From the NCBI GenBank assembly GCA_951406725.2, contig OX597814.1, positions 121,334,001-121,398,000 on the forward strand: a DNA stretch of 64,000 nucleotides, in the 5' to 3' direction. Under the pieces are notes generated by a model that searched no databases, had not been told where the DNA came from, and worked only from the letters and a program-made list of their open reading frames with translations. A program made the position numbers and the translations under genes. This DNA comes from Octopus vulgaris. Its lineage: Eukaryota. Shown here piece by piece: positions 14,896-28,878 of this stretch; position 1 is the first letter of the stretch; each line of letters opens with the position of its first letter.

Positions 14896-14982
<87 letters not shown>

Positions 14983-15019
14983 TAGATATATACGCAGTGA
15001 GAAAGAGAGAGACAGACAG

Positions 15020-15086
<67 letters not shown>

Positions 15087-15109
15087 TAGACAGAGAGACA
15101 GACTGATAG

Positions 15110-15140
<31 letters not shown>
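14893..15140. repeat. Compound (GATA)n(GACA)n(GA)n microsatellite
   Basis: Visible directly. Confidence 0.95.
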
Positions 15141-15142
<2 letters not shown>

Positions 15143-15260
15143 CTGAGATACGAGGTGGGGTGGGATATCTCTATGTGTCTTTATATCTGTGTTTGTCCTC
15201 TACCAGCTCTTGACAACTGATGTTTGTGTGCTTACGTCACCGTAAATTAGCAGACGTCCG

Positions 15261-16760
15261 TTAGTCTGGAGAGACCATGGATCTGCTGTAGCTGTAGATG
15301 CCCACACGGGTGTTGCAATCTTGCATACAACGATTGCATTTGACGAAGCTCTCTGCCGGTGCTGCTGTTAATTTCTTCTGTTGAATGCGCTTTTCTTTTG
15401 TAGCTAGTTCCTGCTTCTCTGCCCGCCTCTTTCGTAGTATTTGTCTCCAGCCTGAGCGATCATTTGTGACTTCCTCCCATCTCAGGACGTCCAGATCACG
15501 CAACTTCATATATTTGATGCAGACGTCGTTGACACGAAGATGAGGTCGTCCTCGTGCTCTTCTACCGGATGTCAATTCACTGTGCAGGAAGTCTTTTGGG
15601 ATCCTCTCGTCCGGCATGTGATGTATATGACCAAGCCAGAGCAGACGGCGCTGCTGGAGCAAGGTGAGTATACTGGATGTCTTGGCGCATTTTAGGACTT
15701 CGGTTTCATGATGCGGTCGGTCCACTTGATATCCAAGATGAGTCTCAAATTACGAAGGTGGACGACATTGAAACGCTGCTCCCGTCTGGAGTAGAGGCTC
15801 TATTTCTCACTGTCGTGAAATAGCTTACTGAGGACACACGCATTATAGACAGCAGTTTTGGTGTTTGCGGCCAGTTTTCTACTTTTCCAGACTCACGGTG
15901 GGCCTAGCAAAGGTGGAGGGTGCTTGCCCGATTCACCTGCTGTTCTCAGAGCCTAGGAAGAGGACGTCAGAGATGGTAAAGCTGGCAAGGTGAATTCATG
16001 AACTAACTTGGCTTGAAGTTGTTGATGGTGATGGTGGCGGGAGTTTGCTTGATACCCTTGCCCAGTACTTTCGTCATAATCAGACTCATAGTGACGCTGA
16101 ATTCCTGAGAGGCCTTAAAGAGTTAGTCCACGAGGTGCTGCATTTGCTCTTCAGAGTACGCTGTCCGTAATGCATCGTCCGTGAACAGCATTTTCCTGAT
16201 GACTACCTGAAGTACCCTGGAATTTGCTGTTTAGACTCGACAGACAAAACAGGTTACCGCCTGATCTAGTGTGAAGGTAAACACCATTTGTTGATGTTCC
16301 AAAAGCATTTTTCAGCATGACTGCGATGATGTCAAACAGGGTTGGAGCAAGCACAGTCCTGCTTCTTACCACTCAACATGTTGAATCGCTCCGAAAAAGA
16401 GCCATCAATTTGAACGATGCTTTTCATATCCGCGTGAACCGATTGGACAAAACTGAGGAGTTTGGGAGGACATCCAATCTTGGCAAGGACTTTGAACAGG
16501 TCGTCTCTACTGACTATGGTCAAAATCCTTTATGAGGTTGATGAAGTTGATGAAGTGTGGTTGCCATTGCTCTCGGCACTTCTGTAGCTGGCGAAGAGAG
16601 ATCATGTCGATGGTGGAGCCTTCGGATTTCAAACTGCACTGAGATACGGGGTATACTTTCTCACCCATATTCTGTACTCTGTTTAGGACCAAGCGAGCAA
16701 AAGCTAGCCCGACGATGATTAACAGCAAGATGCCTGAGTAATTATTGCAGTCGCTCATGT
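15261..16760 (-). pseudogene. RTE/BovB-like LINE, RT and C-terminus, frameshifted
   Basis: ORF pieces DCNNYSGILLL...STIDMISLRQLQKCREQ, VSRDDLFKVLAKIGCPPKL, VLAPTLF, RRLLWLGHIHHMPDERIPKDFLHSEL...C..C. Confidence 0.9.
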
Positions 16761-16807
16761 CTTGCGGGACTGTTCCTTTTTATATATATATACATATGTA
16801 CAAGACA

Positions 16808-17342
<535 letters not shown>

Positions 17343-17859
17343 AAATATATATAGAGAGAGAGGTAGGAATATAGTGAAAGAAGAATAGAAAGAGTGAGAT
17401 GTTCTATTGTTGCATAAACTTATATGTAATATATTTTTCATTTATTTGTGTGGGAAGGTGTATTGAGTTTGAACTTTTCTTTTCTATATGATTGTCGAAA
17501 CTGGAAAACAAAGTTAAAAAGACAGAACGGGGAGAAAATGATTTTATCTAAAATATATATTAGTGGTTACATTTAAAAGCGAGGCGATATTAGACTGAGA
17601 GACTGTTAGTCGTAAAGAATAAAGCTAAAACATAAATTATCCAAATTGAATTTGTTGGCATCGTTGAAAGTTATAATTCCGTTAGTCGGTTGAGAATATA
17701 TATATTGCGATTAAAATATTGCTATAACATTTATATTTACACACATACATGCACATAGAAACCTAAATCTTGCGCACATATGCACATATATAAACATAGT
17801 GTACACATATTTGTGTGCATGTGTTTATAACTGTATAGATATATATATAGAAATACATA

Positions 17860-17895
<36 letters not shown>

Positions 17896-17928
17896 TGCAT
17901 ATTTGTGTATTTGCGCTTGTATGTATGT

Positions 17929-17975
<47 letters not shown>

Positions 17976-18020
17976 AATACATATATACATATCATTTATT
18001 TATACATATATATGTGCGTG

Positions 18021-18065
<45 letters not shown>

Positions 18066-18299
18066 ATACATACATACAAGCGCGAATACACAAACAAATA
18101 TGCATTCATATACATATAGACTCGTAAATAATTTCCTAAATACACGTTTATCTATAAGTCATTCATTCAGGTCATATATCAATATTTATCTACGATTTTC
18201 AATACATGTGGATTATATGAACTGGAGATAATATCTCAAATATAGAAGTCTATCTGTTATATAGTGACATTATATTACCCATAATTTATATTTTAAGTC

Positions 18300-18980
18300 T
18301 AGGAGGACAAGTATATTTCACTAACTATTACTCTAGCTTAAGTATGCGGCAACGAGATTTGGCATCAGCAAACACCTTCGTCTCTGGAAGAGCTAATATT
18401 TCTAATGGAACACTGATATAACATGGAAACATGTTTATCAGGAGAATTGCGACATCGGTTTGATACAAGAACTAAACAGAGATGGCGAATTGGGAAAGAA
18501 GCCAACACTATCAACTTAATTGTTTTTTTCCTTGATAACAATCAATCGAGTAGTTTTGGAGAGTGGACATTTTCTTTGTAATATAGAATTGACTCGAGCA
18601 GATGATGAATGAGTAGAACTATCTAGGAAGTAAATCTCCTGTTGCAATAATCTTGCACCGAATTTAACGGAGAAAACAGACACGTAAAAATATATATCAA
18701 CAAACATTGGTGGAATAAAAACAATTTGGCCGATTTTATAAAATGGCATTGCAGAAGAAAATAAATTAAAGAGGATACCTCCACGCTGATCGCTTACAAT
18801 GTTGCATTAACAAATTGCACAAAGATTCAATATGAGATTTCATGACTTTCTCAGACTAACACTGACATTTTTCCTTGAAAAACAATGGCGCTGCACTGCG
18901 TGGGGAAAACTACTACATGACGTTGTCGTAAATTTAATCTATAACCAGTGTGCCACGTTTTTCCCTTTTGATAATTTAAT
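18300..18980 (+). pseudogene. Possible decayed piggyBac-like transposase C-terminal half
   Basis: Frameshifted VKIYINKH/GG..NLADF...AYNVALTN and a C-terminal Cys cluster (EKQWRCTA/..TTT*RCRK) resemble the piggyBac YN..MGGVD motif and Cys-rich domain. Confidence 0.4.
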
Positions 18981-19475
18981 TATTATAGTGAAGCAAGCAT
19001 AAGGTTGTTTTACATTATTGTAGTAATTCTCCCCTTTAATGTTAAACTATATGGCCTCCTTTAACGCTAATTTCCAAGTACATTGATGCCTGATAGAGAA
19101 AAATGTCAATTTCTCACACAAGAAAATACATTTAAAACTTTTTTGTTTATATTTCATTTTTTAATAAAATGTTCTCATAATATATCATATATGGATTCTC
19201 ACGTTAATCGCTTTGAATTTAATTATATATCCCTTCACTTTTTTTAATGTTTGTTCATGTATATCAGTTTATTTTTGCAACAAGTACTGGGAAACGTGTT
19301 CAAAGATAAAATATACACTTTTTCTTTATTTATTTTCTTTCTGTGTTCCTATATCTGGTGAAAGACAACATAGCTCAGTTTATTACAATTTCTTTTACAT
19401 CTAAATTAAAATCTGGTAATACATATACACCCAGACACTCTCGCACCCATATATATATATATATATATATATATA

Positions 19476-19638
19476 GGCGCAGGAGTGGCTGTGTGGTAAG
19501 TAGCTTGCTAACCAACCACATGGTTTCGGGTTCAGTCCCACTGCGTGGCATCTTGGGCAAGTGTCTTCTGCTATAGCCCCGGGCCGACCAATGCCTTGTG
19601 AGTGGACTTGGTAGACGGAAACTGAAAGAAGCCTGTCG

Positions 19639-19672
<34 letters not shown>

Positions 19673-19902
19673 AGTGTGTGTGTGTTGGTGTGTCTGTGTT
19701 TGTCTCCCTAGCATTGCTTGACAACCGATGCTGGTGTGTTTACGCCCCCGTCACTTAGCGGTTCGGCAAAAGAGACCGATAGAATAAGTACTGGGCTTAC
19801 AAAGAATAAGTCCGGGGTCGATTTGCTCGACAAAAGGCGGTGCTCCAGTATGGCCGCAGCCAGATGACTGTAACAAGTAAAAGAGTAAAAGAGTAAAAGA
19901 GT
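19476..19902 (+). mobile_element. SINE family A, near-consensus copy
   Basis: GGCGCAGGAGTGGCTGTGTGG...GGCATCTTGGGCAAGTG...tail of (GTAAAAGA)n repeats. Confidence 0.92.
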
Positions 19903-19965
19903 ATATGGGTGTGAGAGTTCCAGGGTGTATATGTATTACCAGATTATATATACGCACATATGTAT

Positions 19966-20010
<45 letters not shown>

Positions 20011-20042
20011 AGAGAGAGAGAGAGAGAGAGAGATACACACAT

Positions 20043-20097
<55 letters not shown>

Positions 20098-20172
20098 ATG
20101 TGTGTGTATATACATATTAATATTTATAGATACAAACACACATATATTTATTTATATGTGTATGCATATACG

Positions 20173-20275
<103 letters not shown>

Positions 20276-20659
20276 GAACTAGCACGCTATCTAAAATGTG
20301 GCGTATTTGGAATGGACCTGGCGCTATATAAATTTATGCTTTTGAAAGGGAAGTAAATGCTGGATTACTTTAAAAATTGAGGGATAAGTTATGAAGAAAT
20401 TTTAAGATTTCCTGACTTACAGGAGTAGCAGTTGAGACAAAACTTTTAGAAATGTCTTTATTTAGACCCAGATCATCTTTACAGCCAATTTTGAAACCGA
20501 TAGCAAACGTAGAATGCCTGTTCTATGAATTAAACGTCTCTCAGCTGTTGATTACCGATTTATAAAACTAAGTGAAATTTGCCTTACTTAGTCGATTGAA
20601 AAATCACTGCCCCCTCCGGCACTACCATCTTATGCGTGTGAGCTTATCTCTCTCTTCCA

Positions 20660-22010
20660 AGTACATAAACACGCACACACAAACATATATATATAAATAT
20701 ATATATAAATATATATATCTATCTATCTATATATATATATATATATACACACACTTACATTCATACACACACACACCTACACAGCCATACCCTCACTCAG
20801 ACACACACATCTACCTACACACACACACAAACACACACAGACACACACCCATACATACATACATCTACACACACACGCCTACACACATACATACACACAT
20901 ACATAAACACACACACATACACATACACACACATACGCACACACATATACTTATACACATGCACACACACACATACATACATACACCCATATACATACAC
21001 ACACACATACCTACATACTCCTATACGCACATACATACACACAGACATACACACATACACACTCACACAAACATACACACACACATACTTACACACACAC
21101 TCACCTGCACGCGCACACACATGCATGACAAACACCCATACACTCACACTCACATACGCACACACCAACATAAACACGCACACGCACACACACACCTACA
21201 CTCCCACACACATACACACGCACCTACATACACACACGCACGCATACACACGCATACACACATACATTACACACGTACACACACACCTACATACACATGC
21301 ATACACACACACACACAAACATGCACGGACACACCCAGACATACACACATACACCTATATACACACGCCCACACACCTACATACACACACATATACACAC
21401 GCCCACACACCTACATATACACACATACATACACACACATACACGGATACACCCATACATACTTACATACATACACCTATACATACACGCCTACACACCT
21501 ACATACACACACATGCATACACACACACACATGTACGCACATACACACACATATACGCACATACATATATACCCACACACATGCACACACACACACATAC
21601 GCACATGCATGCATGCATGCACACGCGCACACCTACACGCATACACACACACACACGCATGTACACATACATACATACACACACGCATACATACACCCAT
21701 ACACATACATGCATCCTACACACACATACATACACACTCACACATACATACACACACACACACTCACTCACACACATGTATGTACGCGCACACACATGCA
21801 CATACACACACTTCCCCACACCCACACGTACATACATACACACTCATACACATACACACACACACACACACACGGACATACATCTATGCACACACATATA
21901 TACACACATACTCACATACATTCATCGGACACACTGCCACCCAGACATACACACAGACACACTCACACATCCACACACATACATACTTACGCGCATACTC
22001 GCAGGCGCGC
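20660..22010. repeat. ~1.35 kb cryptic (CA/TA)-rich low-complexity tract
   Basis: Degenerate CACA/TACA repeats, G-poor on +; source of the spurious 615/385/296 aa ORFs. Confidence 0.9.
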
Positions 22011-22399
22011 GCACACACGCGCTTGCGCCGGTTCGCGCACACATACGCGCCGCATGCACCTCGCTCTTGGACCCGACGAGACCTCCCGCCCGTTCCTGGG
22101 ACCGTCGCTTGTCGTTGGGTTTTCCCACGCCCGTCTCCGCGGGACCACTCTTCCATCTTCCCCTCAGCTGGAGTCCTTTTTCCTTAACCCCCCATTTTAC
22201 GTTACACACACGCGCACACATATACACACATTGCTTAAATATATACATTACTCTTACACACATTCAATCTACTCGCCATTAATACTACCACGACACTGGA
22301 CACACACACACACTACTACTCAACACACGCTGGCACGCTACATACGCCCCCACCCCTTCCCCTCCCACCCTTCCTCCTTCCTTCTTTTTCTTACTACTG

Positions 22400-22850
22400 A
22401 CCTTTGTCTGCTAAGCTGACCACTGTCTCGCCCTACCTCACACGCCTACACACAGACGCACACACTAACACATACATATATTTTTTGTTTTTTTATCTCG
22501 CCTCACACACATACACACACGCACACGCACACACTCACACATACACACACATCTGTTGCGTTACCAACCTTGTCTCCACTCTTTTGCCTTTAAAAACCTA
22601 CTTTGCTCTTGTTATCGTAAACATCCGCCTTTCACCATGTGCAACTCGTAAACACCAGTCGTTTTTTTCTCTATCCCTGTTGCCCGCTCTGGGATCTTTC
22701 TTTCCTCTCTCTTCCTTCTTTATGTTTCCGACGAAGAGCTCCGCTCGAAACGTCATACCTCCCTGCTTCCATTTCCTGAGCGCCTATTAATAATAATACT
22801 GTATTTGTTCCATTGTTGTTGTTTTTTTGTTTCCCGTTTGGATTAAAATT
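22400..22850 (+). mobile_element. HHR-bearing PLE-like 3' end (family H2)
   Basis: gttt-CCGACGA-A-GAGC-TCC-GCTC-GAAA-CG-TC-atac at 22724-22758; homologous to 62200-62370(-); ends in TA-rich repeat. Confidence 0.7.
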
Positions 22851-22875
22851 ATATAGATATATAGATATATGTATT

Positions 22876-22914
<39 letters not shown>

Positions 22915-22929
22915 ATATATATATATACA

Positions 22930-22965
<36 letters not shown>

Positions 22966-23428
22966 TATATATTCTAGGTCGCACAAACCAGTGTATATTT
23001 TATTTGTATATCCATTTGCTACCGTCAGTGTCCGTCCGGGAGAGCTCCCTATAAGTTGCCGTGTGTTAACGACTACTGAAAGTATCAGACCAGGGGAGAA
23101 AACTCACCTCGAATGACCGACAATTCGTGGATATCGATATGTCGCTATTCTTCTAGTTTGCCAATGCCATGAGCTCGAATCACTTCAAAACCTAGTGAAT
23201 CACTGGTCTGGGATTTATATGCAGATAGATTAAAGAATATCTACAATTCTCGGCAATTCGAAACGAGATGTTTTGCCTTATCTTGGACATTCAGTGTCGT
23301 TTATGGAGCTTTCTGCTGGCATTTTCATGCAATAAATGCGTATACACAAAACCCGTACGCTATGTATGTGGGAACGATAATGTTTACCTTATTAGAGCTT
23401 CTTTTAGCTTCTAATATGTGTGTGTACT

Positions 23429-23456
<28 letters not shown>

Positions 23457-23459
<3 letters not shown>

Positions 23460-23645
23460 AGAGTTTACGAAAAAAAACAAAAGACGAAGACGGGTGATGT
23501 GCAAAACAAACAGGTGTATTAGTATAACGCTCAGGAATAGAAAGTCTTTTACGTTTCGAGCCTACCCTCTTCTACAGAAAGGGACACAGAAAAAACAAGG
23601 AGAGAAAAAATGTGTAGTGGTTGACGATCTATCATGGCTGGCGAA
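23457..23645 (-). mobile_element. Family H1 HHR-motif element in (TA)n
   Basis: Minus: cttt-CTGTAGA-A-GAGG-GTAG-GCTC-GAAA-CG-TA-aaag; (TA)n on both sides. Confidence 0.7.
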
Positions 23646-25155
23646 ATATATATATATATATATGAGTGTGTGTGAGTGTGTGTATGTTTATGCGTATACA
23701 TATATGTGCATGTGTGCATATATCTATGTATACATATATATGTGTGTGTGAGCGTATGATTATTTGTATACGTGTATGCGTGTAACGTTGTATGTGTGTA
23801 TAATGTGTCTGGGAGTTAAGCACGCCGTTAGTGTGAATTCAAACCACTATCTTCTGCTTTCGGCCCTACTCAGAGTCAGGTATAAAGTGTGAAATATCCT
23901 AAACGCGATTTTGCCTTCTTGGAATACTGAGCGAATATTTTCACAATATTTGCTGCATTTATCAAGTGTTGTACTCAACAGTTGTACTCAAGAAAGATTT
24001 GTGCTTCCCTGAGAAAATATCACTCGAAATTTTCAAAAGGTTTGCTCACCTTCAAAGAAAAATTAATGTTTATTCGCCTCCTTGATTATGCATATTCACG
24101 AATTTAAAGAGATGCTTTTACAGAAATGCTTAAATATTTATACAAGCAGTAAAAGAAACGAAAGTTTGCGCATAATGAGTCTGTCTTTGTTATTTTTAGG
24201 AGATTAAAAGAAATCATAATTATGAAAATAATCCATATTTAACGGCTTCCAACCAATTGATTACAGCCTTGCCTGCAACTGCCACACAGCTTTTGTCTAG
24301 CTTTTAAATTTTCATTGTGTTCTCTGGTGTGGTTTAGCTTGAAAGATACAAGTCAGACATGTGGCCGCTCCTCGTCTCAATTTATTTTTCTCAATTTTAA
24401 AATCTAGCGTGTTCAATCCAATTGTTTTGTTTTCGGATAACTTTCGGCAGTAGCTGAAACAATTCCATAGCTATTCCGTAGTATTAAGTGTGTTCCCCCC
24501 TATGATTGTGTATTATATACGAGTGGGGAAGTGGTTCGCGAACGCTTTGTCTAATTATATCGTTTCATGCGTTTCGGTAATTGTAAAAATATAAAGTTGC
24601 AGATTAAACTTTCCTTATGTTAATGTCTTTAGATTTATGCTTTACAGAGAGAACATTAGAAGTGTGCAGCCGAAGAATGCTGAGGTTTAATTCTATCCGT
24701 TCGTGTGTAATACGTCCATTGATGTTATTTCGTTATTATCTGGAAGTTTTGACCCACGTAATAAATTTTCAAGATTAAATGTTCTCATGTTTCCCATTAG
24801 TACCTGCAGATGAAAGGTTTTTGCAGGTGTTTATGTTTTTGTAACAACAGCTCTATTGTAGTTTTATTGCCACCTACAGCATTCAGTGGATTTGGTTGGA
24901 ATAATTTCTCCAGCTTTGTTTTTATTATTGTTCTTTTTTTACTTATTTGGTTCATTGGGATATACTGCTATGTTCTAAGTCCGTTATAAGACGAGAATGT
25001 AAGTAAAATTTTCAGTCAATGAACCATGTGCTAGTATTTGAGGAGTTTGTGACGAGAACATTTTTCACTGAAGAACAAGAACAACGGACCGAATCGCGAG
25101 CTTCTTAGCATTTTATATATTCATACATACGTACGTATATACATACATACATACA

Positions 25156-25217
<62 letters not shown>

Positions 25218-25294
25218 TATAAAATATTGAATTCCATAAATACCCAAATAGAAATAATGAATATTTAAGGAACTTAGCAATTAAAATTAAAGAT

Positions 25295-27454
25295 ATGAGA
25301 AATATGGATGGTATTATAGTACAATCTGATAAAACAAGGAACCTATATAAATTAGATGTTAAATTATATGATAAACTATTAGGGAAAGAAATAATTAAAA
25401 AATATAAAATTGTTCCAGATGATATTCTTTATAATATTAATAAGGCCTCTAAATTAGTAATGTTAAAATATGAGTTGGATAATAAAACTGAACCTTATGT
25501 ACCTTTGCACCCCAGAATTACTCTTAAAGACCATAAAGATAATTTTTATTCAGACCCTAAAGTTAGATTAATTTGCCCATGTAAATCGGACCTAGGTAAA
25601 TTAAGTAAATTTATTTTAGATAAATATATCGATAAGTTAAATAAACTTAATTATTTAAAATTATGGTTTAGTAATAACAATACATTGAAATGGTTTAATA
25701 ATATTATAGATAAAAATCGTTATAAATTTATTCAAATAGATATAGATAATTATTATTCTTCTATTAATGAAATTGTGTTTAATAAAGCGCTTATTTTCGC
25801 AATGAATAAAGTGGGTATGTCACGGGAAGAAGTTAATGTAATTAAAATGGCTAGGAAATCGCTAATTAAATATAAAAATAAATTATGGGCTAGGAATGAT
25901 ACTAGAGATTGTTTTGATATACCTATGGGAGCACCAGATTCTGCACAGGCTACTGATTTAGTAGGTATTTTTCTTTTATCTGAACTCCAATTAGAAAATC
26001 TTAAGATAGAGGGTGGTTTATATAGAGACGATCTTCTACTAGTTACAAAGAATTGTACTAATAGGAATCTTGAAGTATATAAGAAAAAAATATATAGTTT
26101 CTTTAAAAGATATGGTTTAAGTATTACTATATATAAGGAGAATTATAATGTTAATTATTTAGATGTTAATTTTAATCTTATTACAGGTAAAACACAACCA
26201 TATCATAAACTTAATGAGAACCTTAGATATATAAATGTTAATAGTAATCACCCATTTTCTATTAAAAAATCGTTGATTAATAATATAAGTAAACGTATTT
26301 CTTTACTCTCTTATGATATAGAGATTTTTAATAAACATGCTAATTATTATAATGAGGCCCTTAGAGGGGCAGGTTATAATAAGAATATTAAATTTTATAA
26401 TATTAGTGATAAAGATTTAAATGATAATTTTCGAGATACTTCTAATAATAATTATAATTTTGTTAGGTTTAGTGGTAAAAATAATAGATATTATAAAAAT
26501 AATAAAAATATAAATAAGAATAATAATAATAATAATAAAAATAATAATAATAATAATACAAATAAGAATAATAAAAATAAAAATAAATTTAATAATTATT
26601 ATAATAATTATATTGATAAAATTAATAATATTAATAATTCCTTAAATGCTGTACATAGATATAATTCTGATAATAATTTTAATAAAATAAAGAATTATAA
26701 ATATATTTATAATAATGATAATAATAATAAGGTTAATAAGAATAAAATTTGGTTAATAGTTCCTTATGGAGATCAAGTAAAAACGAATATTATTAAAGAG
26801 ATTTTAGATGTTATAGAACTATTTATTAGAGATAATCGTAAATATAGAAACATTTTCTCTTTTAATAATTTTGGAGTAGGTTATTCTACCACTAATAATG
26901 TTGGTAACATTATTTCTTCATTTAATAAATATAAACTGAATAATTTTTATAAAAAGAAATTATTTGATAATAATATTAATAATGATAAGACTTATATTAA
27001 TTGTACATGTAGAGATAAATATAATTGTATATTAAATAATAATTGTGATATTAACGATGTAGTGTATAAATGTATAGTTACATTACATGATAATAACTTT
27101 AAGAATAATAATTACCCAAAAGCGGTTTATATAGGTTCTACTTCCTCAAAAATAAAATTAAGAATCGCACAACATATGAATTCTTTTAAAAATAAAAACT
27201 TAATCAACTCAACCGGACTTAGTAAGTACATTTGGAGTCTTAAATCACTAAATATTAATTATAGTTTAATTTGGGAAATAATTTGTAAAACTAAATCATA
27301 TACTATAGGAGCTAATTGTTGTTATTTATGCTCTAATGAGTTTAAAGAAATTTTATTTTATAAGTATGATAATTTACTTAATACTGGTGAAGAGCGCAAA
27401 ATAAAATGCAGACATAACTTACTTTACCTATATAATAAGTTTCATGATAAATAG
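25295..27454 (+). CDS. PLE reverse transcriptase + GIY-YIG endonuclease (719 aa from first ATG; N-terminally truncated)
   Basis: DKTRNLY; RT motifs IDIDNYYSSI, PMGAPDS, GLYRDD, YLDV; linker CTC-x5-C-x5-C; VVY...VYIGST...RIAQH (GIY-YIG); CYLC and KCRH; frame stays open 24 codons upstream to 25223; no internal stops. Confidence 0.95.
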   Translation: MRNMDGIIVQSDKTRNLYKLDVKLYDKLLGKEIIKKYKIVPDDILYNINKASKLVMLKYELDNKTEPYVPLHPRITLKDHKDNFYSDPKVRLICPCKSDLGKLSKFILDKYIDKLNKLNYLKLWFSNNNTLKWFNNIIDKNRYKFIQIDIDNYYSSINEIVFNKALIFAMNKVGMSREEVNVIKMARKSLIKYKNKLWARNDTRDCFDIPMGAPDSAQATDLVGIFLLSELQLENLKIEGGLYRDDLLLVTKNCTNRNLEVYKKKIYSFFKRYGLSITIYKENYNVNYLDVNFNLITGKTQPYHKLNENLRYINVNSNHPFSIKKSLINNISKRISLLSYDIEIFNKHANYYNEALRGAGYNKNIKFYNISDKDLNDNFRDTSNNNYNFVRFSGKNNRYYKNNKNINKNNNNNNKNNNNNNTNKNNKNKNKFNNYYNNYIDKINNINNSLNAVHRYNSDNNFNKIKNYKYIYNNDNNNKVNKNKIWLIVPYGDQVKTNIIKEILDVIELFIRDNRKYRNIFSFNNFGVGYSTTNNVGNIISSFNKYKLNNFYKKKLFDNNINNDKTYINCTCRDKYNCILNNNCDINDVVYKCIVTLHDNNFKNNNYPKAVYIGSTSSKIKLRIAQHMNSFKNKNLINSTGLSKYIWSLKSLNINYSLIWEIICKTKSYTIGANCCYLCSNEFKEILFYKYDNLLNTGEERKIKCRHNLLYLYNKFHDK

Positions 27455-28878
27455 CATTAATAGTTCCCTATTAGGTTACTTTAGTTTAGTTTAAATTAGT
27501 TTAGATAATTATATTTATTTGGTTATGTAGTCTAGGCTTTAATTATAGTTAGTCTTTATTGATATTTCTTTGTTTTAATTAGTTCATTTTTAATGTATAT
27601 TAATATAACAGTTTATGGTATGTTAAACTTTAATAATTTATATTAGATTAGATTTTTTTATTTTCTTTAATTATATATTTTTTTAATTTTTTTAATTTTA
27701 TTATGTATTTTTATTATGCATTTGTTATATGTATATTGGAGGATATATTTATATGATAATGGGTGTTATTTAGTGGTGTATATATTGAGTTTTGTATGTA
27801 TGTGTGAATGTTTACGATCCCTTTGTTTTTTATTTGGTATGTTGAATTGACAGATTTTATTTGGGTATTGTTTGTTATAATAAAGTACACACACCCATAA
27901 CAAATATAAGTGCCCACTTCATTCGCGCGTACCTGGAATTGCATGTGAGCCTCAACATATAAACCAAATGGCCACTCCCGGCCCACACGGACAAATAAAC
28001 ACATACATCCCCAAAAATGGGCGCAATCCCACTCTCACCAATCATACATGTATACAATTATTCACACAAGAACAATACATAACTAACCTAAATATACAGA
28101 ACATACCACAAATCACCAACAAACCACCATCACAAATGAAGCCCACACCCATACAATGACAAAACTCCCCCCTCCATACCCAATTTACACCCACATAGCA
28201 ATCCCCATATATTTATCCATACGGACGCACGTGCGCGAAGCACATGCACACAACACATACGTACAACCCCCCAAAACACACTCATATACATACGTATCAA
28301 GCTCGACATCCACGGCAATACGCTCACACCCACTCACACCCAGATGGGTGAACTGCACAACCAAGGAACGCACACACACACGTGTGCGTGTTTTGATTGT
28401 GCAGTTCGCCCATCTGCATGTATGCGGGCGCGAACACACCGTTGCACATATCGAGCCCAACAAGCATGCACATGTACATGTGAGGGGGTACACGCACATG
28501 CCGTGCGCGTATACCCCCCGCACTTATACCCGTGCGTGAATATACACATGGAGACTACCACACAGGTATAAATGTGCATAGCAAAGGGAGCCCCATCACT
28601 ACACTCAATGCATACTCTCACCCATCCGCACGGATGTGGAAGCGAATCACCGGTGTATATATTGAGGCTCATACGTAGCGCTGTGGAGGCGGACGTCGTT
28701 GAAATTGTGAATGTATGGGTGGAGTTGGGAATTGTTACCGGGTGGTGGGCTAGCGTTGCTTAGAATTGGGAATGGAATAGTGTAGTGGAATGGCAGGCAT
28801 CAAAAATAGACGTGGGTTACTGCAAATTGTTTGTTAGAGCTGCCAAGATGAGCTAAGGCTCATAAATGCATATAATAA

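Noticed and set aside
20572-22419. 615 aa, 385 aa and 296 aa His/Thr-rich ORFs
   Set aside because: Open in all three frames because CA-rich repeats lack stop codons; not real proteins (only a possible eroded GIY-YIG trace, reported separately)
25295-25297. ATG as the true start of the PLE protein
   Set aside because: The frame is open and PLE-like upstream to the (TA)n junction, so the element is 5'-truncated and this Met is probably internal
28382-28480. CpG-methylation decay or fungal-type RIP as the cause of the C/T bias
   Set aside because: Changes occur in all dinucleotide contexts, some CpGs are retained, and reciprocal G/A changes are nearly absent
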